Positions 47,400 through 61,279 of a DNA stretch of 64,000 bases are shown piece after piece (position 1 is the stretch's first letter; the number at the start of each line of letters is the position of its first letter). The DNA comes from Mobula hypostoma (Eukaryota). Below the pieces are notes generated by a model, which saw only the letters and a program-made list of their open reading frames with translations, made no database searches and was not told where the DNA came from. The stretch covers positions 21,018,001 to 21,082,000 of the forward strand of contig NC_086101.1 of assembly GCF_963921235.1 (NCBI RefSeq), read 5' to 3'. A program made the position numbers and the translations under genes.

Positions 47400-50062
47400 T
47401 ATAGAGTGGGCACTAGAGGTGTGGGTGTTGTAGTAGAGGGAGTTAGAGTAGGAGCGCTTTGGCTCAACGGATCAATGTGAAGTAAGTTACTTGTGAAGAA
47501 TAGAAATAGGAAGTATCGCTGTGAGGCCGGTGTTCTGTACTGGGTGTCAGATGTGGGATGTCCGGGAGACTCCCAACCTCCTGGATGGCCACATGTGCGC
47601 CAGATGCGTCGAGCTGAAGCTCCTTAGGGACAGGGTTAGGGAACTGGAGATGCAGCTCGATGACCTTCGTTTGGTCAGGGAAAGTGACGAAGTAATAGAG
47701 AGGAGCTATAGGCAAGTAATCGCACCAGGACCTTGGGAGACAAATAAAAGGGTATCAGTCAGGAGAGTGAAGGGCAAGAGTCAGATACTAGAGAGTACCC
47801 CAAATGACTGTCCCCCTTAACAATAAGTCCTCCTGCTTGAGTGGTGGGGGGGGAGTGATGATCAATCTGGGGGAAGCAACAGTGACTGTGCCTCTGGCAC
47901 AGAGTGAAGCCCTGTGGCTCGGATAGGCGGGGAAAGGAAGAACATGGCAGCAGTTATAGGGGACCCTATAGTTAGGGGGTCATACTGGTAATTCTGTGGA
48001 TGCAGGAAAAAACATGGATGGGAGTTTGCCTCCCTGGTGCAAGGGTCCGGGATGTTTCTAATCGCATCCACAATATCCTCAAGTGGGAAGGTGAACAGCC
48101 AGAGGTAGTGGTATATATTGATACCAACGACATAGGTAGGAAAATGGAGAAGGTCCTGAATACAGACTGCTGTGAGTTAGGAAAGAAGCTGAGAAGCAGG
48201 ACCACAAAGGTAGTAATCTCGGGATTGCTGCCTGTGGCATGTTACAGTGAGTATAGGAATAGAGTGAGGTGGAGGAAAAATGTGTGGCTGAGGGATTGGA
48301 GCAGGGTGCAAGAATTCAGATTTCTGGATCATTGTGATCTATTTTGGGGCAGGCGTGACCTGTATGAAAAGGACGGGTTGCACTTGAATCCGAGGGGGAC
48401 AAATATCACAGCAGGGAGGTTTGCAAAGGCTATTGGGGAGAGTATAAACTAGAGTTGCTGGGGTGGGGAGCCAATCTACAGAGATGTAAGAAGGGGTGGC
48501 TGGCTCACAAGCCCCTCCTGATGGCACTCCTGATCAGAGATAGTGTCACAGATGCAGAAAAGAAGGAAATCATGGAGGAATTGTCTACTGTGTCTCTGTG
48601 GGTGGAAGTTAGAAACAGGAAGCAGTCAATAACTCTATTGGGTGTTTTTTATAGACCACCCAATAGTAACAGGGACATCGAGGAGCAGATAGAGAGACAG
48701 ATTCTGGGATGTTGCAGTAATAACAGGGTGATTGTGTTGGGGGATTTTAATTCCCCAATATTGATTGGCATCTCTATGGAGCAAGGGGTTTAGATGGTAT
48801 GGAGTTGGGCATGTTCAGGAAGGATTGCTGACACAGGATGTAGATAAGCCTACAAGAGGAGAGATTGTACTTCATCTGGTATTGTGAAATGAACCTGGTC
48901 AGTTGTCGGGTCTCACAGTGGAAGAGCATTTTGGAGGTAGTGATCATAATTCTATCTCCTTTAACATAGCAGTAGAGAGTGATCGGAACAGACAAGTTAG
49001 GGAAGTGCTCAATTGGAGTAAGGGGAAATATGAAGCTATCAGGCAGGAGCTTGGAAGCATAAATTGGGAACAGATGTTCTCAGGAAAATGTATGGCAGAA
49101 TTGTGGCAAATGTTCAGGTGATATTTGTGTGGTGTGCTGCATAAATTCATTCCAATGAGACAGGGAAAGGATGGTAGGATAGAGGAACCGTGGTTTACAA
49201 AGGCAATTGAAAATCTAGTCGAGAAGAAAATAAAAGCTTACGAAAGGTTCAAAAAACTGGGCATGATAGGAATCTAGAAGATTATAAGGTTAGCAGGAAG
49301 AAGTTTAAGAATGAAATTAGGAAAGCCAGAAGGGGCATTAGAAGGCGAGCAGGATTAAGGAAAACCCCAAGGCATTCTCCAAGCATGTGAAGAGCAAGAG
49401 GATAAGACATGAGACAATAGGACCAATCAAGTGTGACAGTGGAAAAGTGTGTGGTTAAGAAGTCATTCGGTATATTGGCCTTCATTAACCATGGGATTGA
49501 GTTAAAGAACCGAGAGGTAATGTTACAGCTATATAGGACCCTGGTCAGACCCCACTTGGAGTACTGTGCTTAGTTCTGGTCACCTCACTACAGGAAGGAT
49601 GTAGAAACTACAGAAAGGGTGCAGAGAAAATTTGCGAGGATGTTGCCTGGATTCGGGAGCATGTCTTATGAGAAAAGGTTGAGTGAATTTGACCTTTTCA
49701 GCTTGGAGCAACAGAGGATGTGAGGCGACCTGATAGAGATGTATAAGATCATAAGAGGCATTGATCGTGTGGACATTCAGAGGCTTTTTCCCAGGGGTGA
49801 AATGGCTAACACTAGAGGGCACAGATTTAAGGTGCTGGGAGATGTCAGGGGTAAGGTTTCTTACGCAGAGAGTGCTGAGTGCGTGGAATGGGCTGCCAGC
49901 ACCGTTGTAGAGGCAGATACAATATGATCTTTTAAGAGACTCTTGGATAGGTACATGAATCTTAGATAAATAGAGGGTTACGGGTAACCCGAGGTAATTT
50001 CTTAAGTTAGTACATGTTCGGCACTGTATTTTGCTGTAGGTTTTCTATGTTTCTATATTTCT
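47400..50062 (+). mobile_element. CR1 LINE retaining ORF1 (zinc finger plus esterase-like domain), ORF2 internally deleted
   Basis: ORF1 pieces CTGCQMW...HMCARCVELKLLRDRVRELE and VCLPGARVRDV...IDTNDIGRK...DGLHLN. ORF2 GVFYRPPNS...GDFN. (TTCTATG)n tail. Confidence 0.88.
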
Positions 50063-50199
50063 ATCTACAGCAGAGGTTCTTGGAAGAAGCAGGACACTGC
50101 AGAAGTTCTAGAGTGGAAAGCTTCACCTTGAGAACAGATGCAGCTGAGACTGAGGTTCATAGAGATATGAAACGTGCATAAGCAGCAGTCATTTTTGAA

Positions 50200-52505
50200 C
50201 AAAATAAATTAGGGATGCAAAATCAAAAAGGGCAGCAAATACAGTAATCAAAGTGTTATATCTCAATGCGTGGAGCATAAGAAATACAGTGGGTGATCTT
50301 GTTGCAATTACAGATTATCTGCTACGATGTTGTGGCCATCACTGAATCATGGCTGAAGGATGGTTGTAGTTGGGAGCTGAATATCCAAGGCTACACGTTG
50401 CATCAGAAGGCAGGCAGAGGGGGTGGCATGGCTCTGCTAGTTAAGAATGGCATCAAAGGAAGTGACATAGGATCAGAAGATATTGAATCCTTGTGGGTTG
50501 AGTTAAGAAACTGCATGAGTAAAAGGACCATGATGGCAGTTATATACAGGCCTCCCAACAGTAGCTGTAGACTACAGATTGCAACAGGAAAGAGAAAAGT
50601 TATGTCCAAAGGGCAATGTTATGATAGTCATGGGAGATTTTAACATGAAGATCGATTGGGAAAATCAGGTTGGTAATGGATCTCAAAAGAGTGAATTTGA
50701 TGAATGCCTAAGAGATGGCTTTTTAGAGCAGTTTGTTGTTGAGCCTACGAGGGGATCAGCTATACTGGATTGGGAGTTATGTAATGAACTGGGGGTGATT
50801 CAGTCGGGAGCTTAAGGTAAAAAGAGCCATTGGAAGCCAGTGATCACAACATGAGTAACTTCAACTTGAAATCTGATATCCAGAAAGTAAAGTTTAACCT
50901 AGCAATATTTCAGTGGAGTATAGGAAATTACAGTGGTGTGAAAGAGGAGTTGGCTAAAGTAAATTTGAAGGACCTGCTGGCGGGGACGACAGCAGAATAT
51001 CAATGGTGTGACTTCCTGGGAAGAGTGAGGAAGGTGCAGGACATGAGTATTCCAAAAATGCAGAAATACTCAAATGGCAAAACAGTACAAACGTGGCTGA
51101 CAAAGGGAGTCAAAGTTAATGAAAAAGCAAAAGAGAGGGCATATAACAAAGTAAATATTAGCAGGAATATAGAAGATTGGGAAGCTTTTAAAAACATACA
51201 GAGAGTAACTACAAGAGTCATTAGGAGGGAAAAGATGAAATATGAAAGGAAGCTAGCAAACACTATTAAAGTGGATATTAAAAGTATTTTCAAGTATGTA
51301 AAAAATAAAAGAGAGGTGAGAATGGATACACAACCGCTACAAAAAGAGGACAGAGAAATAATAACGGGGACAAAGAGATCGCAGATGAATTAACTGGGTA
51401 TATTGCATTCGTCTTCACTGTGGAAGTCACCGGGAGTGTGCCAGGTGTTGTAGTGTGTGAAGGCAGAGAAATGAGTGCAGTTACTATTGCAAGAGAGCAG
51501 GAGCTCAAAAAGCTGAAGACCCTAAGTATACGTAAGTCACTGGAACAGATGAACTGCACCCTAGGATTCTGAAACAGGTAGCAGTACAGATTGTGGAGGC
51601 ATGAGCAATGATCTTTCAGAACGCATTGGACTCTGGCATGGTGCCAAGGACTGGAAAATTCTAAATGTCATACCAATCTTTAAGAAAGTTGGAAGGCAGC
51701 AGAAGGGAAATTATAGGTCAGTTAGCTTGACCTCAGTGGTTGGGAAGAGGTGGAAATCAATTGCTAAGGATAAGGTTATGGACTAATTGGTGACACAGGG
51801 CAAGATAGGACAAAGTGAGCATGGTCTCCTTAAGGGGAAATCCTGTCTGATGAACCTGATGGAATTCTTTGAGGAGATTACAAGTCGGATAGATAAAGGA
51901 GATGCAGTGGATGTTTTATATTTGGACTTTCGGAAGGCCTTTAACAAGATGCCACACATGAGGCTCCTTACCAAGATAACACCCCATGGTATTACAGGAC
52001 AGTTACCGGCATGGTTAGATCATTGGCTGAGTGGTAGGATGCAGCAAGTGGGAAAAGCAGGATCCTTTTCTGGTTGGCTGCCAGTCACTAGTGATGTTCT
52101 TCAGGGGGCGGTGTTGGGACTGCTTTTTTATGCTGTATATTAATGCTTTAGATGATGGAATAGTTGGCTTTGTTGCCAAATTTGCATATGATACAAAGGT
52201 AAGTGGAAGGTAGGTAAGGTTCAGAAAATAGCTAGGCTACAGAAGGACTCAGACAGATTCGGAGAATGGACAAGAAAGTGGCAAAAGAAATACAATGTTG
52301 GAAAATGCATGGTCAACGACCTTGGTAGCAGAAATAAATGTGCAGTCTATTTTCTAAATGGGGAGAAAACCCAAAAATCTGGGATGCAAAAGGACTTGGG
52401 AGTGCTTGTGCAGAACACTCTGAAGGTTAACTTGCAGACTGAGTCAGTGGTGAGGAAGGCAAATGCAATGTTAGATTTTATTTCAAGATGTCTTGAATAT
52501 AAGTG
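50200..52505 (+). mobile_element. CR1 LINE ORF2, degenerate
   Basis: VAITESWL, YRPPNSS, MGDFN, GNYRSVSL, DVLYLDFRKAFNK and VLQGAVLG, with many stops and frameshifts. Confidence 0.88.
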
Positions 52506-52994
52506 GCTGGATATGAACTCAGTCATGATGCTGAATCATTTAGGAGACCGGTAATCTGCAGATTCGAGTTCTATTCGAGGCGTCTGCAGAATTTAAATTC
52601 AGGTTCAGAGCCTGTAGTAGCAGTAAGAGTTTTTAGTCACAAACATAACCACAATAGCCATGATGGAAAGAGAAACGGGGTCAATGTTTCATGTCGAGGA
52701 CTCGTCTGACCTGCAACATTAACTTAATTTCTCTTTCCACGTGTGCTACGTGACTCACTGTATCCAGCATTTTCTGGTTTTGTCTCAGCTTCCAACGCAC
52801 ACAGTGTTTATTCAACCACATCACAGAGTCGGACTTTACAGGTGGACAGGCCGGCGCTATGCTGACCGATTTCCACCTCTTCCTTTTTTATGAAAGTATC
52901 ATATTTACTGCTACCAACTTTTTATTTCAGGGTTGTGTAATTGAAGCCAGAGACAGTGATGTGATGAAATCTATCTTCTCCGAACCAGAGATGT

Positions 52995-53200
52995 CTCGGT
53001 AGTCTAACAGTTAGTAGAACACTTACAGCGTCAGCGACAGGGTTTCAATTCCCGCCGCTGTCTGTAAAGCGTTTGTATGATCTTCCCCGTGATCGCTTGG
53101 GTTTCCTCCGGGTGATCCTGATTTCTGCCACATTCCAAAGACGTATGGGTTTGTAAGTTAATTGGTCACATTGGTGGAACTGTGCGACACGGCCTCTTTG
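52995..53200 (+). mobile_element. tRNA-derived SINE
   Basis: B-box-like gggtttcaattccc followed by the conserved core gggtttcctccgggtg...cccacattccaaagacgta. Confidence 0.7.
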
Positions 53201-54159
53201 GGCTGGAAGGTTCTGGTCGAATCCCTAAAGCTGGAAATAAATAAATAGCAGCGCAGTTTTTCTTGTTTTGCTTTCAGTAGGAGTAAATACAGTGCGTACT
53301 GTCGTTCTGCACATTTCCGTGCATTAATAAATCTTTCTCCCTGAATTAATTGGAATTGTTGGTGTCTGCCACACATTTATGCCTCCCTAGCCATCTCAGC
53401 CTCCAGTTGAATCACTTTGGAGAGCAGAGAGGAAGGTGACGTGAATTTTGGAAATTAGGAACGTAATTTAAATGCATTGCAAATGAAGCATAAAATTCCA
53501 ACTTATAGAACAAAAACAACAAAAAAATATAGCCCCCATTGGAATCCCGTAGAAACATGAGATTGACTAGAATACGACAATGACACGTTTGTTGGAGTCA
53601 ATACACAGGGTAAAATAGTCATAATAAACGCCGTACCGAATTCCCGGAGGGTAAGTCAATGTTAAAACCGTTTTCACAATCATGCACACTTTCTCAAAGC
53701 TGCTCCTCGCTAAATGGAATTTGGAGCGCATTCTCCACGATCTGATTGAAGCATATGTCAACGGAGTTTCATCTGAGGGCTCTGGGAGTGTTTGTGTCAG
53801 ATCTCACGGCAACATTCCCTGTCTCTGCACCAGGGAACGAACTTCCCGCATGCCTGCACAGGGTCTCCCGGCAACTCCCTAGTTGTCTGCACTAAGATTT
53901 TCAGGGTCTCTCTGCGTACCCATTATGGCTACAGACGAACGTCGAAAGTCACTTCTTTATTGGACATCTGCAGTTAAGCAGAAATTGAAACGATGGTCCA
54001 ACCTATAGAAAATCTTCCCCTTGCTCACTTTGGGATTAGTTTGATCATAGCAATAACCTATGCTGATCATAACTCACGGTGCGCAAACATAAGAGCGCAG
54101 ATATTCGGGAGAAGTCACAACGGACATCACAAATCAAATGTACAGGTACGTAAAGTAAC

Positions 54160-54300
54160 AAAAACACTGGAGGGACTCAGCATGTCAGGAAACATCTAAG
54201 GAAAGAAATAAATAGCTGTGAAGCATATCAGACAGGAACGTCGACTTTTTATTCCTTTCCATAGATGCTGCCTGACCAGCTGAGTTCCTCCAGTAGTTTC
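54160..54300. mobile_element. Fold-back element built from two inverted Penelope-type termini
   Basis: The left arm aaacactggagggactcagcatgtcaggaaacatctaaggaaagaaataa pairs with the right arm ttattcctttccatagatgctgcctgaccagctgagttcctccagtagttt. Confidence 0.6.
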
Positions 54301-57152
54301 TTTCTCTTACTCTGGATTTCCAGGATCTGCAGAATATCTTGTGTTTATTACAGGCACATTATGTTGAATTTTGCCAACTCTTTCAATCCAGATTCGAGTA
54401 TCTCATGTCTCCAAATATACATACCTCTACCCTGATGACCCGCCGCGTTCGGGAAGGGTTCCACGGACACTCCATAGGGGAGTGATAGACATTTTCACAC
54501 CTTAAATGGTCTTTTGTTTCACTCAGTCTCTCTCCGCCACTAAAGTTCCTTCTAGTCTAGCCTTCCTATTTTCCCATCCATTCTACTTCTCATTTACACA
54601 CTAGGGTCGATTTGCAACGGCCTATAACTACCACCTCACAATGTGAATGTAAACAAAGCACTGGAAAAACACTGGCTCCGGGGAGAACGGGAAAACGCCA
54701 CACATACAGCGCCGGAGGACAGGATCAAACCCGGGACCCTGCGATTGACAAGTTGGGAGCTCCACCGTGCTACATCGGAATTAAAATGCCGTCGAAACCG
54801 CTTCGCGAGCTTAATCGTTGCTCTCCCTCTCTCTGTCCTTCAGCAGCGCTGTATAGTAAAGCAACAAACCACCTCCATAATCCATTCTTGTGTTTTGTGC
54901 AGAAATTAACACTATTGCAAAACTGAAATAATATCAGGCAGCAAGGCTGCCTCGCCGCAAAATATATCAACCGATTTTCACCTTGTATATTAATATCACT
55001 GCCCTTACAACAACAACTACTACTACACTGTATTATAATTGTATTACAATCCAGATAATGCATTATAATCGTTGATAAAATTAATATAATTAATTATATT
55101 TATTATTAATTATCATATAGCCTGCATTAATATCAAGCACCATTACGACATATTAATAGCACTCATTTTAAACGAATTAATTTTAATTAATGTTAATTTC
55201 AGTACGGAAAATGTCACACAGCAGTTACAAATCTGAATATCATATTCTACTGTATTAATATCAGACAACACAGTTATATCAATATCTTTTAACATATTAC
55301 CACTGTAATCGCTATTATACTCCTGACTATATAGAATTCTGTTAAACTGCTGCATAATTATCAGACAACCCTTTTAGGACCACAGAATAATTTTACAATT
55401 TTTAATCTGCATTAAGTTTACATCACCATTACAATGATAAATTAATACTCTGCATTATTGCAATTCCCGAGCAGACTTTAAACTAAGTAGTAGGGGCGAG
55501 GAATAAAAGTTAAGGAGAGCAGGCCAATCGAAACTAAACGACTCTGGGACTTGAATGCACATAACTTGCTAAACAACGGCTAACTTACTGGTGCAATAAA
55601 AATATGGCGTAAGAGCAATTATAGAGACATTGCTGCAGAATGACATTTACTGTGACTTTAATGTTGAAAGAGCTATGGCAATAAAAATACCAGGAAGTCA
55701 GGAAAAGTTGAAGGGATTTGGCTCAGTTGATGAACGCTAATATCTGTATAGGGTCTGAGATGAAAGATGTTCGGGAAGCTGGGATGTAGACACGTTTTGT
55801 ATGGGGATGAGCTATAATAAAGGCATGAAATCACTTGTACGAATGGTGTACAAACTTTGTTCTCCCCAAAAATGTAAAACTTATTCAAAATGCATACAGA
55901 AAGTAAAAATATGCCATCCTGTTTGTCTACCATTAGTTCAGTACACTCTATTGAAATTAGTCAACAGACTGATGTTTCATCTTAAACAATGCACATTTGA
56001 AATGTTTAAGAGGCTGTAAAATGGCGCACATCTCCTCAGAATCTACCGGTGTTAGAACTCTAGACTGAGGAACTTCTTCACAAAGGCACTGGTGTGACTG
56101 CACTGAGTTTTAGCGTATCTATCAGCAAATTTTCCTCAGCATTGAATACGCTAGTTGGCTCCATTCGCTTCTACAGATTCCAAAAAGTAACCACATGATA
56201 GGGTCCTGTATAAAATGCTGGTATTGTGCAACGAGATAAGTTTAAATAATGATCTCATCATGAAATTGCCTCTCAATCGCGATAATCACAACATCAATGA
56301 AATTTACGGTAAGTTTGCAGAATAGAAGAACTGACCCAAATAATTTAAACTAAGTAGGAGAAACAAAGAGGCCACAAAAAGTGGAACTGGGAAATTTGCC
56401 TGAAGGGTCCATTAGTTGATATCCAGTGACAGGTACTGGAGGTGATCCTTTTGAATACAGAGAATGACTACCTTCTGAAAAGAAAATAACATTCCATGGG
56501 GAAGACCCACCATCTTTGGATAACGAAAAAAGTTTTAAAAACACTAAAAACGTTAAGAAAAAAAGCTCATGTTGTGGCTGTGTAAAGACAAAAGACGACT
56601 CTGCCTGCTGCATAGCTTATAAGTGAAAGCATCGAAGGGCTGGGTAGAACAAAAATGTACAAATCGTTATAAAGCTTGCATGGAATGTAAAATCAAATGG
56701 TTAGAAATTCAGTTGCCATCATCATGATGCGGACGATAACGGTTTGACCATGAATGCTCTTTGCAAATTTTTCGACACAAGTGGTCTTCCATTGCCTTCT
56801 TCTGGGCAGTGGCTTTCAAGATGGGTGACCCCGGCCATCATCAATATTCTTCTGAGATAGACTACCTGCCGGCAGCGGTCGCTTGACCAACCGTTGTCAT
56901 ATTTCTTTCTTGTTTTCAGCACATTACAGGCCCTTCGGCCCACAATGGTGTGCCGATCATGTAACCTACTTTAGAAACTGCTTAGAATTTCCCTAATTTT
57001 TCCAAGTATCTCCACCCGCCACGTTGAGAGATCTAAAAAGAAAACAATTTAAAATAATAATGTAGTCATTGCCCTCTGAAAAGTTGGAACAAATAAAGGA
57101 AAGTAAAAAGATGGCAAGTGAATTAATTTGTATTCTGCATGATCTTCAATAT

Positions 57153-58677
57153 TGTAGAGATTGCAGAGGCATTAGTGATGATCTTTCAAAAGTCGATAGA
57201 TTCTGGCATAGTTCCGGAGGACTGGAAGATTGCAAATGTCACTCCACTATTTAAGAAGGGGGCAAGGAAGCAAAAAGGAAATTATAGACCTGTTAGCTTG
57301 ACATCGGTTGTTGGAGTCGATTGTCAAGGATGAGGTTACAGAGTACCTGGAGGCATATGACAAGACAGGCAGAACTCAGCATGGATTCCTTAAAGGAAAG
57401 TCCTGCCTGACAAACCTATTACAATTTTTTGAGGAAATTACCAGTAGGCTAGACAAGGGAGATGCAGTGGATGTTGTATATTTGGATTTTCAGAAGGCGT
57501 TTGACAAGGTGCCACACATGAGGCTACTTAACAAGATAAGAGCCCATGGAATTATGGGAAAGTTACATATGTGGATAGAGCGTTGGCTGATTGGCAGGAA
57601 ACAGAGAGTGGGAATAAAAGGATCCTATTCTGGTTGGCTGCCGGTTACCAGTGGTATTCCACAGGGGTCCATGTTGGGGCCGCTTCTTTTTACATTGTAC
57701 ATCAATGATTTGGATTATGGAATAGATGGCTTTGTGGACAAGTTGGCTGATGATACGAAGATAGGTGGAGGGGGCGGTAGTGCTGAGGAAACGGAGAGTC
57801 TGCAGAGAGACTTGGATAGATTGGAAGAATGGGCAAAGAAGTGGCAAATGAAATACAGTGTTGGAAAGTGTATGGTTATGCACTTTGGCAGAAGAAATAA
57901 ACGGGCAGACTATTATTTAAATGGGGAAAGAATTCAAAGTTCTGAGATGCAACGGGACTTGGGAGTCCTCGTACAGGATACCCTTAGGGTTAACCTCCAG
58001 GTTGAGTCGGTAGTGAAGAAGGCGAATGCAATGTTGGCATTCATTTCTAGAGGAATAGAGTATAGGAGCAGGGATGTGATGTTGAGGCTCTATAAGGGGC
58101 TGGTGAGACCTCACTTGGAGTACTGTGGGCAGTTTTGGTCTCCTTATTTAAGAAAGGATGTGCTGACGTTGGAGAGGGTACAGAGAAGATTCACTAGAAT
58201 GATTCCGGGAATGAGAGGGTTAACATATGAGGAACGTTTGTCCGCTCTTGGAATGTATTCCTTGGAGTTTAGAAGAATGAAGGGAGACCTCATAGAAACA
58301 TTTCGAATGTTGAAAGGCATGGACAGAGTGGATGTGGCAAAGTTGTTTCCCATGATGGGGGAGTCTAGTATGAAAGGGCATGATTTAAGGATTGAAAGGC
58401 GCCCATTCAGAACAGAGATGCGAAGAAATTTTTTTAGTCAGAGTGTGGTGAATCTATGGAATTTGTTGCCATGGGCAGCAGTGGAGGCCAAGTCATTGGG
58501 TGCATTTAAGACAGAGATTGATAGGTATCTGAGTAGCCAGGGCATCAAGGTTATGGTGAGAAGGCGGGGGAGTGGGATTAAATGGGAGAATGGATCAGCT
58601 CATGATAAAATGGCGGAGCAGACTCGATGGACTGAATGGTCGACTTCTGCTCCTTTGTCTTATGGTCTTATGGTCTT
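57153..58677 (+). mobile_element. Relatively young CR1 LINE, 5'-truncated; open RT reading frame 57308-58684
   Basis: 458-aa ORF with QHGFLKGKSCLTNL, VYLDFQKAFDKVPH, GIPQGSMLGP, YINDL/LADDTKI and LVRPHLEYC, plus a (TCTTATGG)n tail. Confidence 0.93.
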
Positions 58678-59987
58678 AATATAAAATTGACTTCCTAAAA
58701 AAAATGTGTAATTTATGAATCGAAACGTGGGGGGTGGGATATTCTGGAATTTTACAATCACTAATCACTCTGAGCTATGTGATTATGTTTTTGAGCTACG
58801 AGATGCCGAACGCCGTGTCTGATGGGCTTCGACCTCGGGTCCTTATTTCACTGCTGTTAAACATGCCTCATTTTTCGAAAAATCGCGGATTCTGCCAACG
58901 TTTTTTTAAGAGAAAGCAGGAAACGTCAGGTCACTATATATATCATCTGCCATCAGGAAGAGGTTGAAGACATTTGGAAAAGCCGGACGCCTCGGGCAAA
59001 GTCAACCCAGCATTATGAAAGGGAAATCATATTTGACTAATTTGTTCCAGTTTTTGAATGATAAACATTGCTGTGAATAAAAAAAATAATTGAATGTATT
59101 CGCCTTAGATTTTCAGAAGGCGTTTGATAAGATGGTGTATCAAAGGTTATTCGATACAATATAAACTCATGGTGCAGACGGTAATAGGTTGGCTTGAGTA
59201 GAAAATATAGCGCAGATCAAGATCCAGCTGACAGCAAACTGCCAACGGCTGCAACACGAAACTGATGAGCGAAGTATAATGAGACAATACTTCACGGTTC
59301 TGTGCTGGGATAAAGTCAGGAAAACCATCAACGCAGATCGAACCTCTACAGACGTCTGAAAATAGGAAGTTGAAATTACATTCAAAGGAGCCCATGTGGC
59401 TCATTTACCATTCTTCACAAATACTTGATACATTACAGGAATAACTATTTAATTGCCACGTACATTTCACAAAAGGGTTTCAGGGTGTTAGTTATAGACG
59501 ATGATAATCTATTAATGAAAACCAAAGTGATAGCGCAGATGAAGTTTTATAAGTCTGGGTGAAATCACAGAAGTAGAAAAAAACAATGAAGCATTTGCAA
59601 GATAAAAGTTATAAAAATACACCCGACAAGGATTAATTTATGGTCAATTATTTTGGAAGGTGTATAACAGATTACATTGAAATTAAGGAGTTAATATTGA
59701 AATTAACTGTTTTACATTGTAAATAAATGTGATTAGACTCCGATCAACGATTTTAGATTTTAATTGGGAAGTTTCAATTATGATCAATGAATGCAGGTTG
59801 TAATAAATTCGATTAGAATGCAATCAGGGATTTCATATTAAAATCAGGAGTTAGGTCGAATTACAGTATTGCATTTAAATAGAATTCAGACTGTGATCGG
59901 CGAAATAAAACGGCATTCAAACACATGAATGATAATCAATTGTTTTGTGTTACAGAAACGCAGCAGTTAGACGCTCCTTTCGCTGTT

Positions 59988-60537
59988 CACTCAGTGGCCA
60001 TTTTATTAGGGACAGGAGGTACCAGAAAGTGGCTACTAAGTGCATGCTGCTGTAGTCCATCCACTTCAAGATTCAACAGGTTGTGAGATCAGAGAGCCTC
60101 TTCTACACACCACTGTGACGATTAGTTTCTTTTGCCCTCATATCAGCTTGAATCAGTCTGACCAATCTCCTCTGACCTCTCTAATTAACAAGGCATTTTT
60201 GCCCACAGAACTATCGTTAACTGAATGGTTTCTTTTTATTGTTTGCTTTTTGCAACATTCTCTGTGAACTCTATACACCTGCGCGTAAAAATCTCAGGGG
60301 ATCAACAGTACGTGAGATATTCAACCCATCCCGCCTGGCACCAGCTTTCATTCCACGGTCAAAATCACTTAGAACACATTCCTTCCACATTCTGAGGTTT
60401 GGTGTGAACAACAATTAAACCTCTTGACCATGTATGTATGTTTTTATGCATTGAACTGCTGCCAAATGATTGGCTGATTAAATATCTGTTTTAACGAGCA
60501 GGTGTTCAGGAGAATCCAATTAAAGGGTCAATGAGCG
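59988..60537. mobile_element. Tc1/mariner-like MITE
   Basis: Imperfect TIRs cactcagtggccattttattagg / ccaattaaagggtcaatgagcg. The interior is the reverse complement of 36781-37045. Confidence 0.75.
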
Positions 60538-61279
60538 TCGTTTGCAATAATGTAAATTAGACTGAAATCAGACAGTTTGCAATAGCGTTCAGATTTGTAA
60601 CAAATTTATGATCTTGGCACAGATAAAATCTTGCCGACTGACTTGTTTTTTGTGGGACACAGGTTCTCCCGAAGTTCCAGCTGGTGCGATGCGCACCTGT
60701 CCAATACAGTATGTTACGAATCACCCCGACATCTTTTGACAAGCGACATGCCTGATATCTGTGGAAATGTCTCAAGTGCATGGGTGGAGATCGCAAACGT
60801 GTCACTTACCGATTCGATCTTTACCTTGGTACAGGCGGGATATCGCGAGATCCCGAACAAAACACCCAGGGTAACGCCAGTCAAAACTTCTCTTCCAGGC
60901 AGCAACGGGCACCTCGCTCCTCTGTTACTGGTTGTTAGAAAGGATGAATAAAGCGCCTCGCCTGTAAACCTCTACCATCATTATCAGGGATTCAGGTACA
61001 GTGAAATATGCCCAGGGTTTGGAGGGAAGTGGCAGGTACTGCAAATCTGCAATTAAAACAAAAATAACATTGAAAACACTCAACGTGTCAGGTAGCGCCT
61101 GTGCGGAGCGAAACAACATTAACCCTTTCCGTTAGGCTGACTGAAACATTAACCCCGTTTCCACCTGACCTGATGAGCGCTTCCAACAATTTCTGTACAT
61201 TGTGCTAACCGATGCTTTCACCAAAGAATATAACAAAAAAATGAAAAGTGAATTTAAAGTACGTATGTGTTTGTTTATC

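Noticed and set aside
53744-53761. ITIM-like LTYASI on the minus strand
   Set aside because: No convincing splice acceptor, and no TM or Ig exons upstream of it in the window. Six-residue motifs arise by chance.
56400-56474. Minus-strand exon candidate EGSHSLYSKGSPPVPVTGYQLMDPS
   Set aside because: The acceptor is good but the donor is a weak GC, and there are no partner exons or recognisable homology.
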